NCBI RefSeq assembly: GCF_001194135.2 | Contig: NC_068994.1 | Coordinates: forward strand, 16,587,416-16,651,415 | DNA length: 64,000 nucleotides | Origin: Octopus bimaculoides | Lineage: Eukaryota | Reading direction: 5' to 3' | Shown here: positions 24,893 to 39,481 of the stretch, in pieces | How positions within the stretch are numbered: the first letter of the stretch is position 1 | Layout: each line of letters opens with the position of its first letter | The notes under the pieces: model-generated | What the model saw: only the letters and a program-made list of their open reading frames with translations | The model's database searches: none | Told to the model about the DNA's origin: nothing | Translations under genes and position numbers: made by a program

Positions 24893-26031
24893 TACAGGGT
24901 GCAGTGAATATATTGTCATCTAAATTATGCAAAAATGAAAATAACACTGACATCTCATTTTAAGAAAAATATTTACAAAAATTACACAAAAATATCTTGA
25001 AATACTAAGGAGTAAATTTGGTGTTACAAGGAATTTTATTGGTCTCTTGCTCCACTGCACCCCATACATAATAATCAAGGGGCTTGCAGTCTGGGGAGTT
25101 AGGTGACCAGATGCTAGGGGCGATGTGGTCACAGAAATTGTCTGACAGCCATGACTGGGTTCTTCTGCTTGTGTGGCATGCTGCAGAGTTCTGTTGCTAG
25201 ACATAGGGTCTTCCAGCAACCACCCTTTTGACCCAGGGCAGCACCATCTCCTCCAGACACTTGATGTAGGCCTCTGTATTGAGTCTGAGGCCATGTGGGA
25301 AGATGAACAGAGGCATAACATCCAATCACTAGTAATCACTCCAAACACCATGATGTTGACTGGATGTTTGATTTTTATCCCCAGTACATGTTTTAGAGAC
25401 ATGGCAAGCCAACAGTTGTGTCTTTGTGTTCACCATCTGATCCTGGCAGAAATTTTTTCTTGTCTGAGAAAAACCAAAGCATGTTTGGTTGGATGGGATG
25501 CTTGAGTTTGTTCAAAAGCTTCATAATGCTGTCTTTCCTCTTGTCCTTGATGGCTTGGGATAAAAATTGGCCCTTTCTCATCTTGCATGAGGAATACCAA
25601 ATATCTTCAAGCACTACCTGCCTGATAAGAAACTCAGACACTCCCATGTTCCTGGCGATGGACCTGATTGACTTGGAAGGATCATTATCAATCATGGCCT
25701 GGATCTCACCAACAAATTCAGTTCTTTTCTTATCAGAACCGAGTGAATTTTCCGAGCTGCCGTACCTTCGTAATCATCATTAAACTCATCCAACTCTTTC
25801 TGAATCCTTTGCACTCACCTCAGATTGACACCCAAACACTCTGAAATGTTCATATTGGAGCTTCCATTGCAAATGCCAAGCAGTACAGTATGTCATTTCC
25901 AAATTTCTGGCAGAGTGAATTGCATCATGGTGCTGTTTTTCTCATAGACAGTGCTCAACTGACCCTACTATACTGTGTAGTTGACAAAATCAAATATATA
26001 AAATGGTGACAATTTACCCATCGCACCTTGT
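24893..26031 (-). mobile_element. Decayed Tc1/mariner (DD37D/maT-like) transposon
   Basis: TIR-like ends tacagggtgcagtgaatatattgtc / gacaatttacccatcgcaccttg. Frameshifted transposase: DPSKSIRSIARNMGVSEFLIRQVV...WFFSD...QQNSAACHTSRRTQSWLSDNFCDHIAPSIWSPNSPDCKPLDYYVWGAVE. Confidence 0.88.
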
Positions 26032-26344
26032 TCCATGATGGTAAGACCAACATAAAAAAACTCCATCTGGTGAGAGATAAATATTATTTAATAAACATTT
26101 TTATTATATATTTTTATAAGCTACTAATAGTTTCATGTGATGAAAAACAACTGAGACAGCATTTAATAACACATCTGGTGCCTTCATGCAATCTTCAGGC
26201 TCTGCCCACATGGCATAACAAGCTAAAACAGGACGATAGGATGAGAAAATACAAGAAAAGGCAAGAAGGAAGTAGATACAAAAGGCGGAAGGTTGAAAAC
26301 GCTAGAAAAAGAAAAAGAAGACAGAAACACTTTATATAAATTAC

Positions 26345-26750
26345 ATTGGCTGTGTGGTAAGTAGCTTGCTTACAAACCACATGGTTCCAGGTTCAGTCCC
26401 ACTGTGTGGTACCTTGGGCAAGTGTCTTCTACTATATCCTCGGGCTGACCAAAGCCTTGTGAGTGGATTTGGTAGATGGAAACTGAAAGAAGCCCGTCGT
26501 ATATATCTATGTATATATATGTATGTGTGTGTGTCTGTTTGTGTGTGTGTGTTTGTCCCCCCAACAGTGCTTGACAACCGATGCTGGTGTGTTTATGTCC
26601 CCGTAACTTAGCGGTTTGGCAAAAGGGACCGATAGAATAAGTACTAGGCTTACAAAAGAATAAGTCCGGGGGTCGATTTAATCGACTAAAGGCAGTGCTC
26701 CAGCATGGCCACAGTCAAATGACTGAAACAAGTTATTGAGTAAAAGAGTA
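26345..26750 (+). mobile_element. tRNA-derived CORE-like SINE
   Basis: tggctgtgtggtaag...ggttcagtccc...ggtaccttgggcaagtgt; same family as the 11 kb copy. Confidence 0.8.
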
Positions 26751-29700
26751 TATGTTATGTCTGATCACTCTTGTGTGCTACTGGTAATAATGTAACCCAG
26801 TACAACCAATTGCATGATTTGACCATCAGCAACTGAACCAGTGACACCACCACTTACTTCAATGCCAGTTGAACACTGCATTGATGTAATCAACTTAACC
26901 CCTCCCTCGAAATCGCTGCCAAAGCTTGAAATTAATATTTCTTCTAGCTTTACATTCTGAGTTCAAATGCCACTAAGATTGACTTTACTTTTCATCCCTT
27001 CTGGGTCAATAGAATAAAGTAGCAGTCAAGTACTGATGTTGATATAATCAACTTGCCTCCTCCCCTAAAATCAATTGCTGGCCTTGTGCCAAAAATAGAA
27101 TTATTATCCAAGTGTTGAGATTGCTAAAGGTAGTGATTATTGAATATTGAAGAGATTTAGATTTAGATGGGTAGAAAAACACCATGTAACAGCTTAATCT
27201 GTTGTTTGTTTATATCCTATTGAACTATTTAATTACCATAGGATTGTGGGTCCTTTGTGATGGTCTCATAGCATTAATAGCATTGAGAATATGTTTATTT
27301 GCTGGCCTAGTTCCTTTTCAGTAGCTTTTATTATTCTGAAGTTAAGATCAGAAAGAAAAGTCACTTTATGATCCTTGAAGGTAATGTAGGGTATGCCTAT
27401 GATAACGTGTTTTCTGCTCTTCCTATTTTCAGTTGTGAGGTTAGTTTCTATGCTTTTATGTTTGTAGTGGTGAAATGTGTATCAGGTGAACAAATGTGAT
27501 AGGAATGCGGATGACTTTGAAGTAAACAAATTAATGAATCGATTCATAGTTAAAATAATTTATTCACTGGACTTAATTTGTTGTTGGTACACAATATACT
27601 TCACTACATGCAAAATGTTGACAACTGCTACGAGTTGCTAGAAATAGAAACAGGGTACATCTGTGTAAGTGATATGTCAGAAATGAATATGTTTGTGTGT
27701 GTGTGTGTGTGTGTGCGTAGTTCATCTGAGACAGTAATCTACCATGGAACTTCAAACATTTCTCTCAGTTTCTGTGGTCTGCCAAAACTTTCTGTCGTAG
27801 ACCTTTTTCGTCTGCCTGCTAGGCCTTTCTTGTCTGTCCCCCTGCTGACTACCTAATTGGCTTGTATGCTTTTATTTTTCTTCACCCTTACTTTTGCTTT
27901 CTTTCTTTCTTTATATCCTTAATTTATATCAGGACCTCTCCTAGCTAACCACTGCTCTAAGCCTACTATAATAAAATATCACCTACACCCCACTCCAGCC
28001 TACCTAAGAACAAGTCTAGCAGGTTCCTATCTCACCCAGGACGATGAACTTAGATATCATATTACACACTTTCACAAACTATATTCTTAACCTTGATGGC
28101 CAACTTTGTTGATCATTCTCCCATTTCATAGTTGGCATTGACAGACTTCAGCCACATCCCTGCTGTATTCTTGCGATATTCTGTTTGTAAAATTATGTTT
28201 CATCTGATGATTACGGTTTTTTGTAATGGAGTAATGTTCTCATTCTTCTATTAAAATGATGTGTAAGAAACAGGTGTAATGAGCTGACAATTGTCCATCA
28301 TGTTATTAGTCATTTGATTATATATGTATGTATATATACACACACACACAAGCTTCATTCAATTTTCATCAACCAAATTCACTCACAAGACCAGTCAGCC
28401 TGAAGCTTTAGAAGACACTTACCCAAAGTGTCATGCAGTAGGACTGAACCTGCAATCATGTAGTTAGTAAATAAATTTCTTACCACACAGCTACATATTC
28501 ACAATCTGATTTCAGATTGAAAAGTTTAGCGATCACTCCTCAACCTATACCAAATTCATTCAGTTACATTAGTTTCACCACTATAATGGATGTTATTTAA
28601 GCCAATCAGAAATTTTGGCATGATTGCTGGGCACAAACATAGCTGTATGGTAACAAGTTTGTTTCCCAGCCACATGGTTCCAGATTCAATCCCACTGTGA
28701 GGCACTTCAGGCAAGTGTCTTCTATTAAAGCCCCAGGGCAACCAAAGCTTTCTAAATAGATTTGGTAGACAGAAACTGAAAGAATCTTGTATATATGTGT
28801 TGGTGTGTTACTGTCTCTTTGCTTTGATGAGTGTCACCAGCATCTTTTGTTTCCCAAATCCTATGAAAACATATCTGTTCAGTGGATAATATTATGCTTT
28901 TTGGAAACAGGAATGGCATCCAACCATAGAAAATCTTCAATAAATTCCATTTGACCCACCATGCATGCAAAAAAACAATGACGATGTTATTATTCCGTAA
29001 GCTTTTATTTTTCTTGGCATGTTTAGCAAAATATGCTTAAATTAATTACATTTGTGCTTTATTTTGAACAATCACAACAGAGTAACCTGTTAAGCAATTT
29101 GCTTTTTTTTTTACTCTCTTAAAATGGAAGCTATTTTCACTCTCTAAGCCATAAATGCATTTTACTCTTCTATGTGTCTTTTGGCTATTTGAGACAACTG
29201 TCATGCTAATGACACCTATTGAAGCAGAAACAGGTCTATAACTGTCCACCTTCTCAAAGCTTGTCCATTTCCTTAAAGGCATGTCAACTATGGAAAATAC
29301 TTGGTTGTTGAGATTATTTTCCCTTCTTAAATGGAGCTGTTCTCAACTGACATTTGGTAATTATGATAAGCACTTTAGCGGCAGAGATAATTCTAACACA
29401 TCAAGAATTGATGTTGTAAAGTATTTGATATACATGTATTTTCCAATGTATGTGTTACTGTTTCCTTGCCTTGACAGCACACAATTGTAAATGAATGTCC
29501 CTATCATACAAGCAGCATCCTTCGTTTCCAATCTTCCCAGAAAATATGTCTGGTCATGGGGATATTACTACTTTACTTGAAAACAGGTAAGGGTTAGCAA
29601 TAGGAAGGTCTTGTAGAAAATTTGCCTCAACAAAATTCCGTCTAACCCTTGCAAGCATGTAAAAGTAGACGTTAAAACGATTATGATGATATGTTGTGAC

Positions 29701-30040
29701 AGATGTAAACATCAGCAAGAAAATCAATATATCAGTACTTTCAACAAAAATACTTTGTGTAGTATATGATGTTTGAGTTACAAGCACTCCTTTGTATGCA
29801 ATTACCTTAAATGTCAATAACTGGCTCACTGTCCTTCAGTGAATGGCCACTAGAAACCTGTAGCCAACAACGCTATTGTTTTATAAAATGCAATATAAAA
29901 TAATAATAAATAAATGTGGTAAGTTTTACGGTTTAGTTTCACAACCTATTTTTCAGTTAAATAATGTATGTCAGAGTAATGTCCCTTGAATACAACGTAC
30001 ACTCATCACCATATGTAATCATTGAACTCGTTACTTTGTA

Positions 30041-30588
30041 CAGACTGTCCTCATTTAACGACCGAGTTACGTTCCAACAGCCCCGTCGTGATGAAAATTC
30101 GTCGTTAAACGAATATTCGTCGGGTAGGTTTTTTTTATAGGTATAGTGTACTGTACGTACATATAAAAACAGAATACCGTACTGTATAAAGTACATGCAG
30201 TACAGGGCCAAGAATCACTAACATAAATTGTTGAAAAATGAATAAGTAACAGTAAGATTATCACAAGGAAAACCTTAAAAGTTAGGATATGGATACTGTA
30301 TTATTGTAGCTCAGACATCGTAAGTATGTTTGTGATTCCAGGCCCAGTACATAAGATGCCTAATAAACTTTTCTCAGGATTATATAGAAAAGGTGAAAAG
30401 GTTTAAAGGAAACTCAAACAAAATAACTTTGTTTTACTTTGGATAAAGATTACAAAAGCAACTCATTCTTGACATCAAAATGCATGAAAAATCCCGTCAG
30501 TGTTGTTTGCTTTGTTATCTTCTTTTTTTTAATGACGGTTCGTAAAGTTCGTCGTAACTCCGAGTGGTCTTTAAATGAGGGCAGTCTG
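30041..30588. mobile_element. Tigger/pogo-like MITE
   Basis: ta|cagactgtcctcatttaacgacc ... ggtctttaaatgagggcagtctg|ta: about 23-bp TIRs and a TA duplication. Confidence 0.8.
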
Positions 30589-31289
30589 TAATTAGCACCA
30601 TTCACATCACAGCTGATTTTTAAAAAAAAAAGTTGGATTATAAAAAATTAAAATACTAAATTATAAACAAATATTGTTGCTTTATTGAAAATTAAAGTAA
30701 ATTACCAGCAGTGTGTATGTGAGTTTGAGAATATGTACGTTTTTTTATGATACACAGAAAGCCTTTGTTAACCCAAGTCAATGTGAAGAGAGTGACTGCC
30801 GGTGTTGCAGGACTGTTTATTCAGAGTGTGCTGTGTGAGAACTTGTATACATGTCAAAGATGATAAATTTGTCAAATATTATTTCAAATTTTGGCACGAA
30901 GCCAGCAATTTCAGAGAAGGGGGTAAGTCAATTACATCAACCCCAGTACTCAATAGAAAGAGGGGTAGGCCTAAGAACTCAGGGCATAGATCAAAACAAA
31001 AGGAACTAGAGAAAGGGGGACATTCATGGCAGAGTATAAGTACAGAAGCGAGAAATTATGCGACATGGAATTCAATTATAAGTGGCCTATACTTCGCGTT
31101 GGAGGGTTAAAGGAACTGCTTGCTTGCAGTACTCAATTAGTATTTATTTTACTGACCCCAAAAGCAAGAAATGCAAAGCTGATCTCACTGAGATTTGAAC
31201 TCAGGACGTACAGATGGACGAAATCTGAATGTTAATGGGTTAAAACACATAATGCACCAGCTACCCATGCATTATCTTTCTTATTTCTT

Positions 31290-31512
31290 TACTGCCCACA
31301 AGGGGCTACACACAGAGGGGACAAACAAGGACAGACAAATGGATTAAGTCGATTATATCGACCCCAGTGTGTAACTGGTACTTATTTAATCGACCCCGAA
31401 AGGATGAAAGGCAAAGTCGACCTCGGCGGAATTTGAACTCAGAACGTAGCAGCAGACGAAATATCGCTACGCATTTCGCCCTGTGTGCTAACATTTCTGC
31501 CAGCTCGCCACC
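31290..31512 (-). mobile_element. tRNA-derived SINE (ggcgagctggcagaa head family)
   Basis: Minus strand ggcgagctggcagaaatgttagcac...gagttcaaattccgccgaggtcgac. Related copies at about 310-480, 9385-9590, 10260-10400, 33672-33880, 37640-37810 and 53392-53590. Confidence 0.7.
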
Positions 31513-32373
31513 ATGCATTATCTTTCTAAGAAATTATTATTCAACATGCTTATCTTTAATGGTTGGTTTTCCCACATTTCATTCTTGTAGGGTACATATA
31601 CCAGGATGGTGTCCTCAAACTTTCAGTTGATTGATGCCTCTAACTCTTTAATAATTCACCTGTTCACACAGGTGGTCACCTAGTTATGGTAAAATAAGAT
31701 GCATGTTCTTACCACCTATTGTTTATCTCTTAAAAGAAAACAGTTTAAAAGGAAGTCACATAAGAACAAAGAACTCTCATTAGCATCAAATACCACAACT
31801 TTAGGTCTGCAATATTTAATTTAGTACTTTCATGGAAGACACTGAAGATTACTACTGTAGCCAAATGCAAAGAAAAATATTTCTATAAAATGGAGGAAGA
31901 ATATGATTTTGAAGGATTCAAAGCAAAAGATTTTCATTATATACATCAACACAAAAGCAAATCAAATGTTAGGGATGACATCAGAAACTGGTAAGAAGAC
32001 ACAGAGTAAACCTGGATACTAAGTGTGAACGGAAGAAATAACAGATGAAAACAACAAAAGCATTGCCCAAGAAACCTCAAACTTTCTGTGATATGACAAT
32101 CTTTTGATGACATTGTTTTGTACATTAATTTATCAATAGAAACCAATGTTCAATATTATCAGCATTTCTATCTTTTACCTGTAGTAGTCATTAGGCTGCA
32201 GCCATGCTGGGGCACTGCCTTGCAGGATTTTAGTCAAATAAATCAACCCCCGCATAATTGTTTTAAAGCCTGGTATTTATTCTATCAGTATATTTTGCAG
32301 AACTGCTAAGTTATGGGGACTTAAACCACCAACACCAGTTGTCAAGAAGTGGTGGGGGACAAACAGATACTAG

Positions 32374-32426
<53 letters not shown>

Positions 32427-33403
32427 GATGGGCTTCTTCCAGTTTTCATCTACCAAATCCACTCACTTTGGTCAACCTGAGGCTATAATAGAAGACACTT
32501 GCCCAAGATGCCACGTGGTGGGACTGAACCAGAACGGTGGGATTGGGAAGCAAGCTTCTTACTACACAGCCACACCTGCACCAATACCTTTAAGTCTCTG
32601 AGACGTAAAGTAATTCCTTATCCAAAATTAACAAGTAAGCAACTAAAATTTCATTTATTCCTCAAGCTAATTCATTCCACACCAGCTGAGGCTGTTAAGC
32701 CTGCTAATGATACTTATGTCTCACTTGCTACTGAGTCAGTCAGCTCAGCAAGGATCAATGAGGCATCATAGTGCTACTAACTCACAATGACAAGTTACTA
32801 CCCATCTCTACTCCACCACATCAAGCTCATCTGTCATCTACCATAGGTATTAACTTTACAATAGTTACATATTCTAATGTTAGATAATCTATTATATATA
32901 TATATATATATATATATAGAAGTATAACTGTCTGAAATGGTCGTGACTTCTGGTACTTGACTGATGAAAGAAAGCCAAGAATGACCCGTCTTTCTTTGCC
33001 CGTCCTTCTAATTGTTGTTTCTCTTGTCCACCTTTGTTTAGTCTATCTGTCCAAACGTTTTAATGACCTCTATTGCGTTTTTGTTCCATTTTTATATACA
33101 TATATGTGTGTGTGTGTGTGTGTGTATGTGTGTTTTATATAGTTATATGTTGTTTGCAGTAATTTTTTATAACTCAGATTCTAACCTGTTCACTGTACAC
33201 TCTATATTTCTAATATTGAATATGTATAGAACATTAATAAACCCCATCAGTTAATCCAGACACTCACTTCTCATATTACTACGGTTTAACAAGGCTTCAC
33301 TGTCATGTGTGTGCATGTGTATAGATTGTGAAGATGATGATTATGATGGTGATATGTATATGTGTATATACATACACACACACATACACTCTTTTTCTCT
33401 TAT

Positions 33404-33583
33404 CTAGAAGAATGTTTCATTTTCGGGATTGAATTTAATGAAATCAAAGTCAATATTGAAATATTTGATGAATTCTGTCAAAGTAGGTTTGGGTTCGGGT
33501 ACTTTAGAGTGAAGATCAACCAGCACTTGCTGACACACTTGGGTCCACTTCAGAATAAGATCATCAAGGTTTGCAAAGTCATT
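33404..33583 (-). CDS. SFR1: SFR1 (Swi5-dependent recombination repair protein 1) exon 3, terminal
   Basis: tttacag|AAT GAC...TTC TAG gives NDFANLDDLILKWTQVCQQVLVDL...PTLTEFIKYFNIDFDFIKFNPENETFF*, matching the Sfr1/Mei5 C-terminus (human NDLSQLQLLIKKW...LSLTQLIDHYGLD, recalled). Confidence 0.88.
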   Translation of the reverse strand, partial: NDFANLDDLILKWTQVCQQVLVDLHSKVPEPKPTLTEFIKYFNIDFDFIKFNPENETFF

Positions 33584-35142
33584 CTGTAAACAAAAAGTGA
33601 TAAAAAGAGAAATTAACAAGAATATTACTTAAACATAGCAATTAATAAATTAATAATCAAACAATTGGAAAGCAGTGAGCTGGCAGAATTGTTAGCATGC
33701 TGGCAAAATGCTTAGCAACATTTTGACTGTCTTTACATTATGAGTTCAAATTCTGCTGAGGTTGACTTTGTCTTTCATCCTTTCAGGGGTCGATAAAATA
33801 AGTACCAGTTGAGTACTGGGGTTGATGCAATAGGCTTATCCCCATCTCTGAAATTACTGGCTTTGTACCAAAATTTTAAATCATCATCATCATCGTCTAA
33901 CGTCCGCTTTCCATGCTAGCATGGGTTGGACGATTTGACTGAGGACTGGTGAACCAGATGGCTACACCAGGCTCCAATCTGATCTGGCAGAGTTTCTGCA
34001 GCTGGATGCCCTTCCTAACGCCAACCACTCCAAGAGTGTAGTGGGTGCTTTTACATGCCATCGACAAGAAGGCCAGTCAGGCGGTACTGGTAACGGCCAC
34101 ACTCAAAATGGTGTATTTTACATGATTTCTAACATATACACAAGGTCAGAAATGGTGTGAGGTTGGGGAGCAATCAATGAAATTAATACTTAATTGGAAA
34201 TTATTTTCTTGACTCTTGAAGGATGAATGTTTAAATCAATCTTACTGGGAAATTTGCTCTGACATGCTACCATTTCTGCCTATTAAGTATTAATGAAACA
34301 GTTATCAATAAAAACATAATTAAAATTATTATGCAGTTGTAAGTAATTCCCAATGGAGCCATAAATGAAGCAGACATGGGATGATTATGGGAAGAGTAGA
34401 CTGGAGGATGTTTCCATAGGAAAATTTTATGATCAATATGAAATCTAACAAAACACTCGTTAGTTATACAGTGCTCTTGCTGTTCACAGCATTGTACTGT
34501 AGCTATTCAGTGGTACCTGTTAACAGCTAAATGTACTGATCTTGTGAGAGTTAAACTTCTTGGCCACAAACAACTTCGCCGAGTATGTAAGGAGATAAAA
34601 ATCAAGAGACCCCTCTTTTAGTGGGGCTGGCACTAAGCATCAGGTGATCCTCGAGAGTGCTAAAATCTGGAGTTACCATACAAATTCTGAATAATTTAGT
34701 TAAAATTTCTCGCTCCCAACTAAAATCACAAAAACTAAGTGTCAAAAAAGAGCAGATGAAGTAACACCAGGAACTGAAGAGGATGGAGGTCAGGTGTGGG
34801 TGAGGCAGAGCAGATAAAAAGGTCAGGTATTGTTACAACCTGTCACATGACTGTGAAACACTTCAAATTTTGCCAGATATAAGGTTTTGCTCAGTGATGC
34901 AATCATCATAATACCACAGGTTTATCTTTTTATCTTTTACTTGTTTCAGTCAGTAGACTACGGCCATACTGGGGCACTGCCTTGAAGAATTTTTAGTCGA
35001 ATGTATCGACTTATAATTTTTTTTAGAAAATGGTACTTATTCTATTTGTCTCTTTTGCCGAACCGCTAAGTTACGGGGATGTAAACACACCAGCACTGCT
35101 TGTCAAGCAGTGATGGAGACAAACAGACACACACACATATAT

Positions 35143-35790
35143 ATACGAGTTCTGATCAATAAGTATCCAGACCGTTGCCATAATATCAAAGCTAAAGCAC
35201 GTGGAGTGAAGCCGCTTGGCACAGATTGATCTTGACCTCTGCTGTGCATGCACACTAAATTTTAACACTCTAGCTCACTTCCCCTATTTACAGCAGTGCT
35301 TGGAAGTAATGTGTGCAACATGTGATCATCGCATTGACCATGACAGAAAAAGTTGTCATGGCGATACTTGCTCAGAGGCCTACGCAAAGTTGCAGAAACT
35401 GTATGGAGAAGAGTAGATGAATTGCACACAAGTGTACAAGTAGTTCAGCCGTTTCCAAGATGGTCGAAAAAATGCTGATAGCGACAAACGTTCTGGGAGA
35501 CACACAGTCAGCAGAACTGAGAAAAACATTGCAAATGTGCATACAACTGCAAGGGAAAATCATTGAATCACCAGCTGTTAATTATCAAAGGATGTGCAGA
35601 TTAGTTACGGCTCAGTTCAATCCATTATCACTGAAGATTTTGGTATGAGACACATGTCTGCCAAGTTTGTGCCAAAACTGCTTTCAGCTGACCAAAAAGA
35701 CACTCGGTGTTTCAGTTGCACAAGATCTCCTTAATTGTGTCAAGAATGATGAAAATTTCTTGAAAACTTTGTGTAAACCTCCAAGCAGGT
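35143..35790 (+). mobile_element. Decayed mariner transposon 5' part
   Basis: TIR-like tacgagttctgatcaataagtatccagac. Broken transposase EAYAKLQKLYGEE...FSRFQDGR...ISYGSVQSIITEDFGMRHMSAKFVPKLLSADQK containing a WVPxxL-type linker. Confidence 0.8.
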
Positions 35791-38700
35791 ATTGCCAAGC
35801 TTTTGGCAAAATTTGATGGAGATTCTCTGCTCAATTTTCTCTGCCGTGGTCATTGTGACAATCAATGGCTACACATGTTCCTTCCAAGCAGTGCTGTAAA
35901 CAACGGAAGTGAGCTAGAAGTGGAGAGGGGAGAAAATTNNNNNNNNNNNNNNNNNNNNNNNNNNNNNNNNNNNNNNNNNNNNNNNNNNNNNNNNNNNNNN
36001 NNNNNNNNNNNNNNNNNNNNNNNNNNNNNNNNNNNNNNNNNNNNNNNNNNNNNNNNNNNNNNNNNNNNNNNNNNNNNNNNNNNNNNNNNNNNNNNNNNNN
36101 NNNNNNNNNNNNNNNNNNNNNNNNNNNNNNNNNNNNNNNNNNNNNNNNNNNNNNNNNNNNNNNNNNNNNNNNNNNNNNNNNNNNNNNNNNNNNNNNNNNN
36201 NNNNNNNNNNNNNNNNNNNNNNNNAACTAATTTTTATATACCTTTCTTAATTCCAAAAGACCCTCAACCACAACATGTTCATTTTGTCACAGGTGCGCTA
36301 GTGGAGGGGTGTGTATTTATTTATTTTGAAAAATTGAAATTTTACATTTTTTTTTTCAGAATCATAATCTTTATATTTTTCTACGTATTTCTCCCCAAAA
36401 AAATTCTTTAAAAAAGTGAAAAATTGGAAGGTGGGAATTAAAATTTGAAATGCCTATTTCTTTTTTTTTTTTGCAGATTCGGAATCTCCGCAGTCGAAAA
36501 AGTGGGCTTCTGTAAAACAAAAACAAAAAACAAACCGAAAGGGGGTGCGGTCCATGCCCCTTACCTCCGCCAACAAAAGCACACAATTGACAGACCTGCA
36601 AGGGTTAATAGTCTCGCTGGCTTCAGAGTGCCGAGGATAACTGAAAGCTAAGGGGAAACAACCCAGTCAGAAATATCAGAGTTGAGTCCCACACAGTTGA
36701 GTCTTGCCGAACTCTAATCAAGTCTCTGGCAATTCCTACATCCAGTCTCATCTCCGCCAATTCCATGTTTTGCTGCCTGATACAGATAATTTGGAAAGAG
36801 AGAATGTGGCTGACTTTGGAACCAACTTTCCAAGTTTCTCGAGACCACAAATAAATAGTGGATCTTTGGTTGCAATAGTTAAAGTATCACACATGTTTGC
36901 AGAGATGAAAACGCACAACTTCAGTAGTTTTCTCATTTGTGAAAACATGCAGAAAGGGAGACTCCCACCACCACCACCACCACTACGCCCATTTTCTAGA
37001 AAATTATTGTTTTTCAAAATTTTTTTTTTTTTGCCAAAAACACACGTTTTCGGATACGGAGATTCCGGAAAANNNNNNNNNNNNNNNNNNNNNNNNNNNN
37101 NNNNNNNNNNNNNNNNNNNNNNNNNNNNNNNNNNNNNNNNNNNNNNNNNNNNNNNNNNNNNNNNNNNNNNNNNNNNNNNNNNNNNNNNNNNNNNNNNNNN
37201 NNNNNNNNNNNNNNNNNNNNNNNNNNNNNNNNNNNNNNNNNNNNNNNNNNNNNNNNNNNNNNNNNNNNNNNNNNNNNNNNNNNNNNNNNNNNNNNNNNNN
37301 NNNNNNNNNNNNNNNNNNNNNNNNNNNNNNNNNNNNNNNNNNNNNNNNNNNNNNNNNNNNNNNNNNNNNNNNNNNNNNNNNNNNNNNNNNNNNNNNNNNN
37401 NNNNNNNNNNNNNNNNNNNNNNNNNNNNNNNNNNNNNNNNNNNNNNNNNNNNNNNNNNNNNNNNNNNNNNNNNNNNNNNNNNNNNNNNNNNNNNNNNNNN
37501 NNNNNNNNNNNNNNNNNNNNNNNNNNNNNNNNNNNNNNNNNNNNNNNNNNNNNNNNNNNNNNNNNNNNNNNNNNNNNNNNNNNNNNNNNNNNNNNNNNNN
37601 NNNNNNNNNNNNNNNNNNNNNNNNNNNNNNNNNNNNNNNNGCACAAGACCAGCAACTTCAGAGGAGAGGGCCTAAGTTGATTATATTGACCCCAGTGCTC
37701 AACTGGTACTTATTTCATCAACCCCAAAAGGATAAAAGGCAAAGATGACCTTGACAAAATTTAAACTCAGAATGTAAAGATGGGCGAAATACCATTAAGC
37801 ATTTTGCCCTATGCAGTCCAACCCATGCTAGCATGGAAAGCGGACGTTAAACGATTAACAATTCTGACAGCTTGCCACGTTCTCCTTGCCTTGATATTAT
37901 GTGATAGTTCTAAATGAATGCCACCATTATGCAAGCAGTGTCCTTTGATCCCAATCTTCTATGAAAACAAGTGAGGGTTAGTAACAAGAAGGACATGTCG
38001 AAGTGGATTTTCTAAGGACATCTGGACATAGAAAATCCACCTCGACAAAATTTTGTCCGACCCATGTGAGATTAGAAAAATGGACATACAAATGACAATG
38101 ATGATAATTCCTTGAGAAACTATATTGACCGTTGAGGTGCTATTGGTTGAACACAGCGTCCGAAAATAAGATGGACTTGAGCTACCTGGTTGCTTGACCT
38201 GCTAGAAATAGCAACCAAAGTCCCTCAAATCACAACCTACCATCTTAGAATAGCTCACATTAGATAAAGTAGTTCTGGGTTCCCTGTGCATAAGAAAAAG
38301 ATGGGATGGTTACAGCTTGAATGCATTGATCGGTTTGGCCTGGGCTAATAACAAGTTGGGATAGAGATGATTAGGATGTCTTTAATCATGTCTGCTCAAT
38401 CAGGTCTGTCCTAAGGATAGACAAGCCTCAAGATACAAGTCAAGCTCTTGACTTGTATCATTATAATAATATGATAAAGACTTAGTTGGATGTAAGATAC
38501 CAAGTGGATAAAAGATGAATGTGTCGCCTTCCTGGCACGTGTAAAGACATTCGAGCGAGATCGTTGCCAGTGCCGCCAAACTGGCTCCTGTGCAGGTGGC
38601 ACGTATAATACACCATCTTGAGCGTGGCCATTGCCAGTACCGCCTGACTGGCCTTCGTGCCGGTGGCACATAAAAGCACCCACGCCAAAGGGCATCCAGC

Positions 38701-38911
38701 TGTAGAAACTCTGCCAAATCAGATTGCAGCCTGGTGTAGCCATCTGGTTCACCAGTCCTCAATCGAATCGTCCAACCCATGCTAGCATGAAAAGCAGACG
38801 TTAAACGATGATGATGATGATGATGATGAAAAGACCTTATGAAAACATTTCTGAAGCTTACTTATAACTTGCAAAACAGTTAAAATGTCAAGAGGTTCAC
38901 AAGAACATCAC

Positions 38912-39145
38912 TTAATCCTTTAGCATTTAACCAAGCCATATCCAGCCAAAATATTCAATCTGTTTTATGTTCAAATTGGCCATATCTTGCCTCTCACACC
39001 TACCCCTATCCTACAGTGTCAATATTAATATAAACAATCACATCATCAAAATCTCAAAGCTACAAGATAATGCATAATTAATTCAATGCAATGTGAATAA
39101 ACAAGCATTCTATTTGACAGAGTAATCTGAATGCTAAAGGATTAA
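38912..39145. mobile_element. piggyBac-like MITE
   Basis: ttaa|tcctttagcatt ... aatgctaaagga|ttaa: perfect 12-bp TIR and TTAA flanks. Partial relatives at 14490-14710, 58070-58230 and 60870-61040. Confidence 0.75.
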
Positions 39146-39481
39146 TCCCTTTATGAGTACATTTCTAATGAAATACAATACCTATAAGTTTTCATGAATT
39201 TTTAAAATAAGTAAGAATTTGGAAGGTTTTAATAAAAAAAAATAACTGTCATTACTAAGCTGGTGTTTGGAAAGTAACTTAACAGCACATTCTCACATTA
39301 TGATAAAAAAAATTTCAATTTAAATATGAGCATTTTAAAACAAGAGGTTTTGTATCATAAGAGAAAATCTCAGAACTGCAATTAGTCCCAAATTACAGCA
39401 AGATCTACATCTATTAATAGATAACATATTTGTTGCCCTTCCTTTTTGACAAAAAGGTATATAAAAATAGGATGCCTTTAC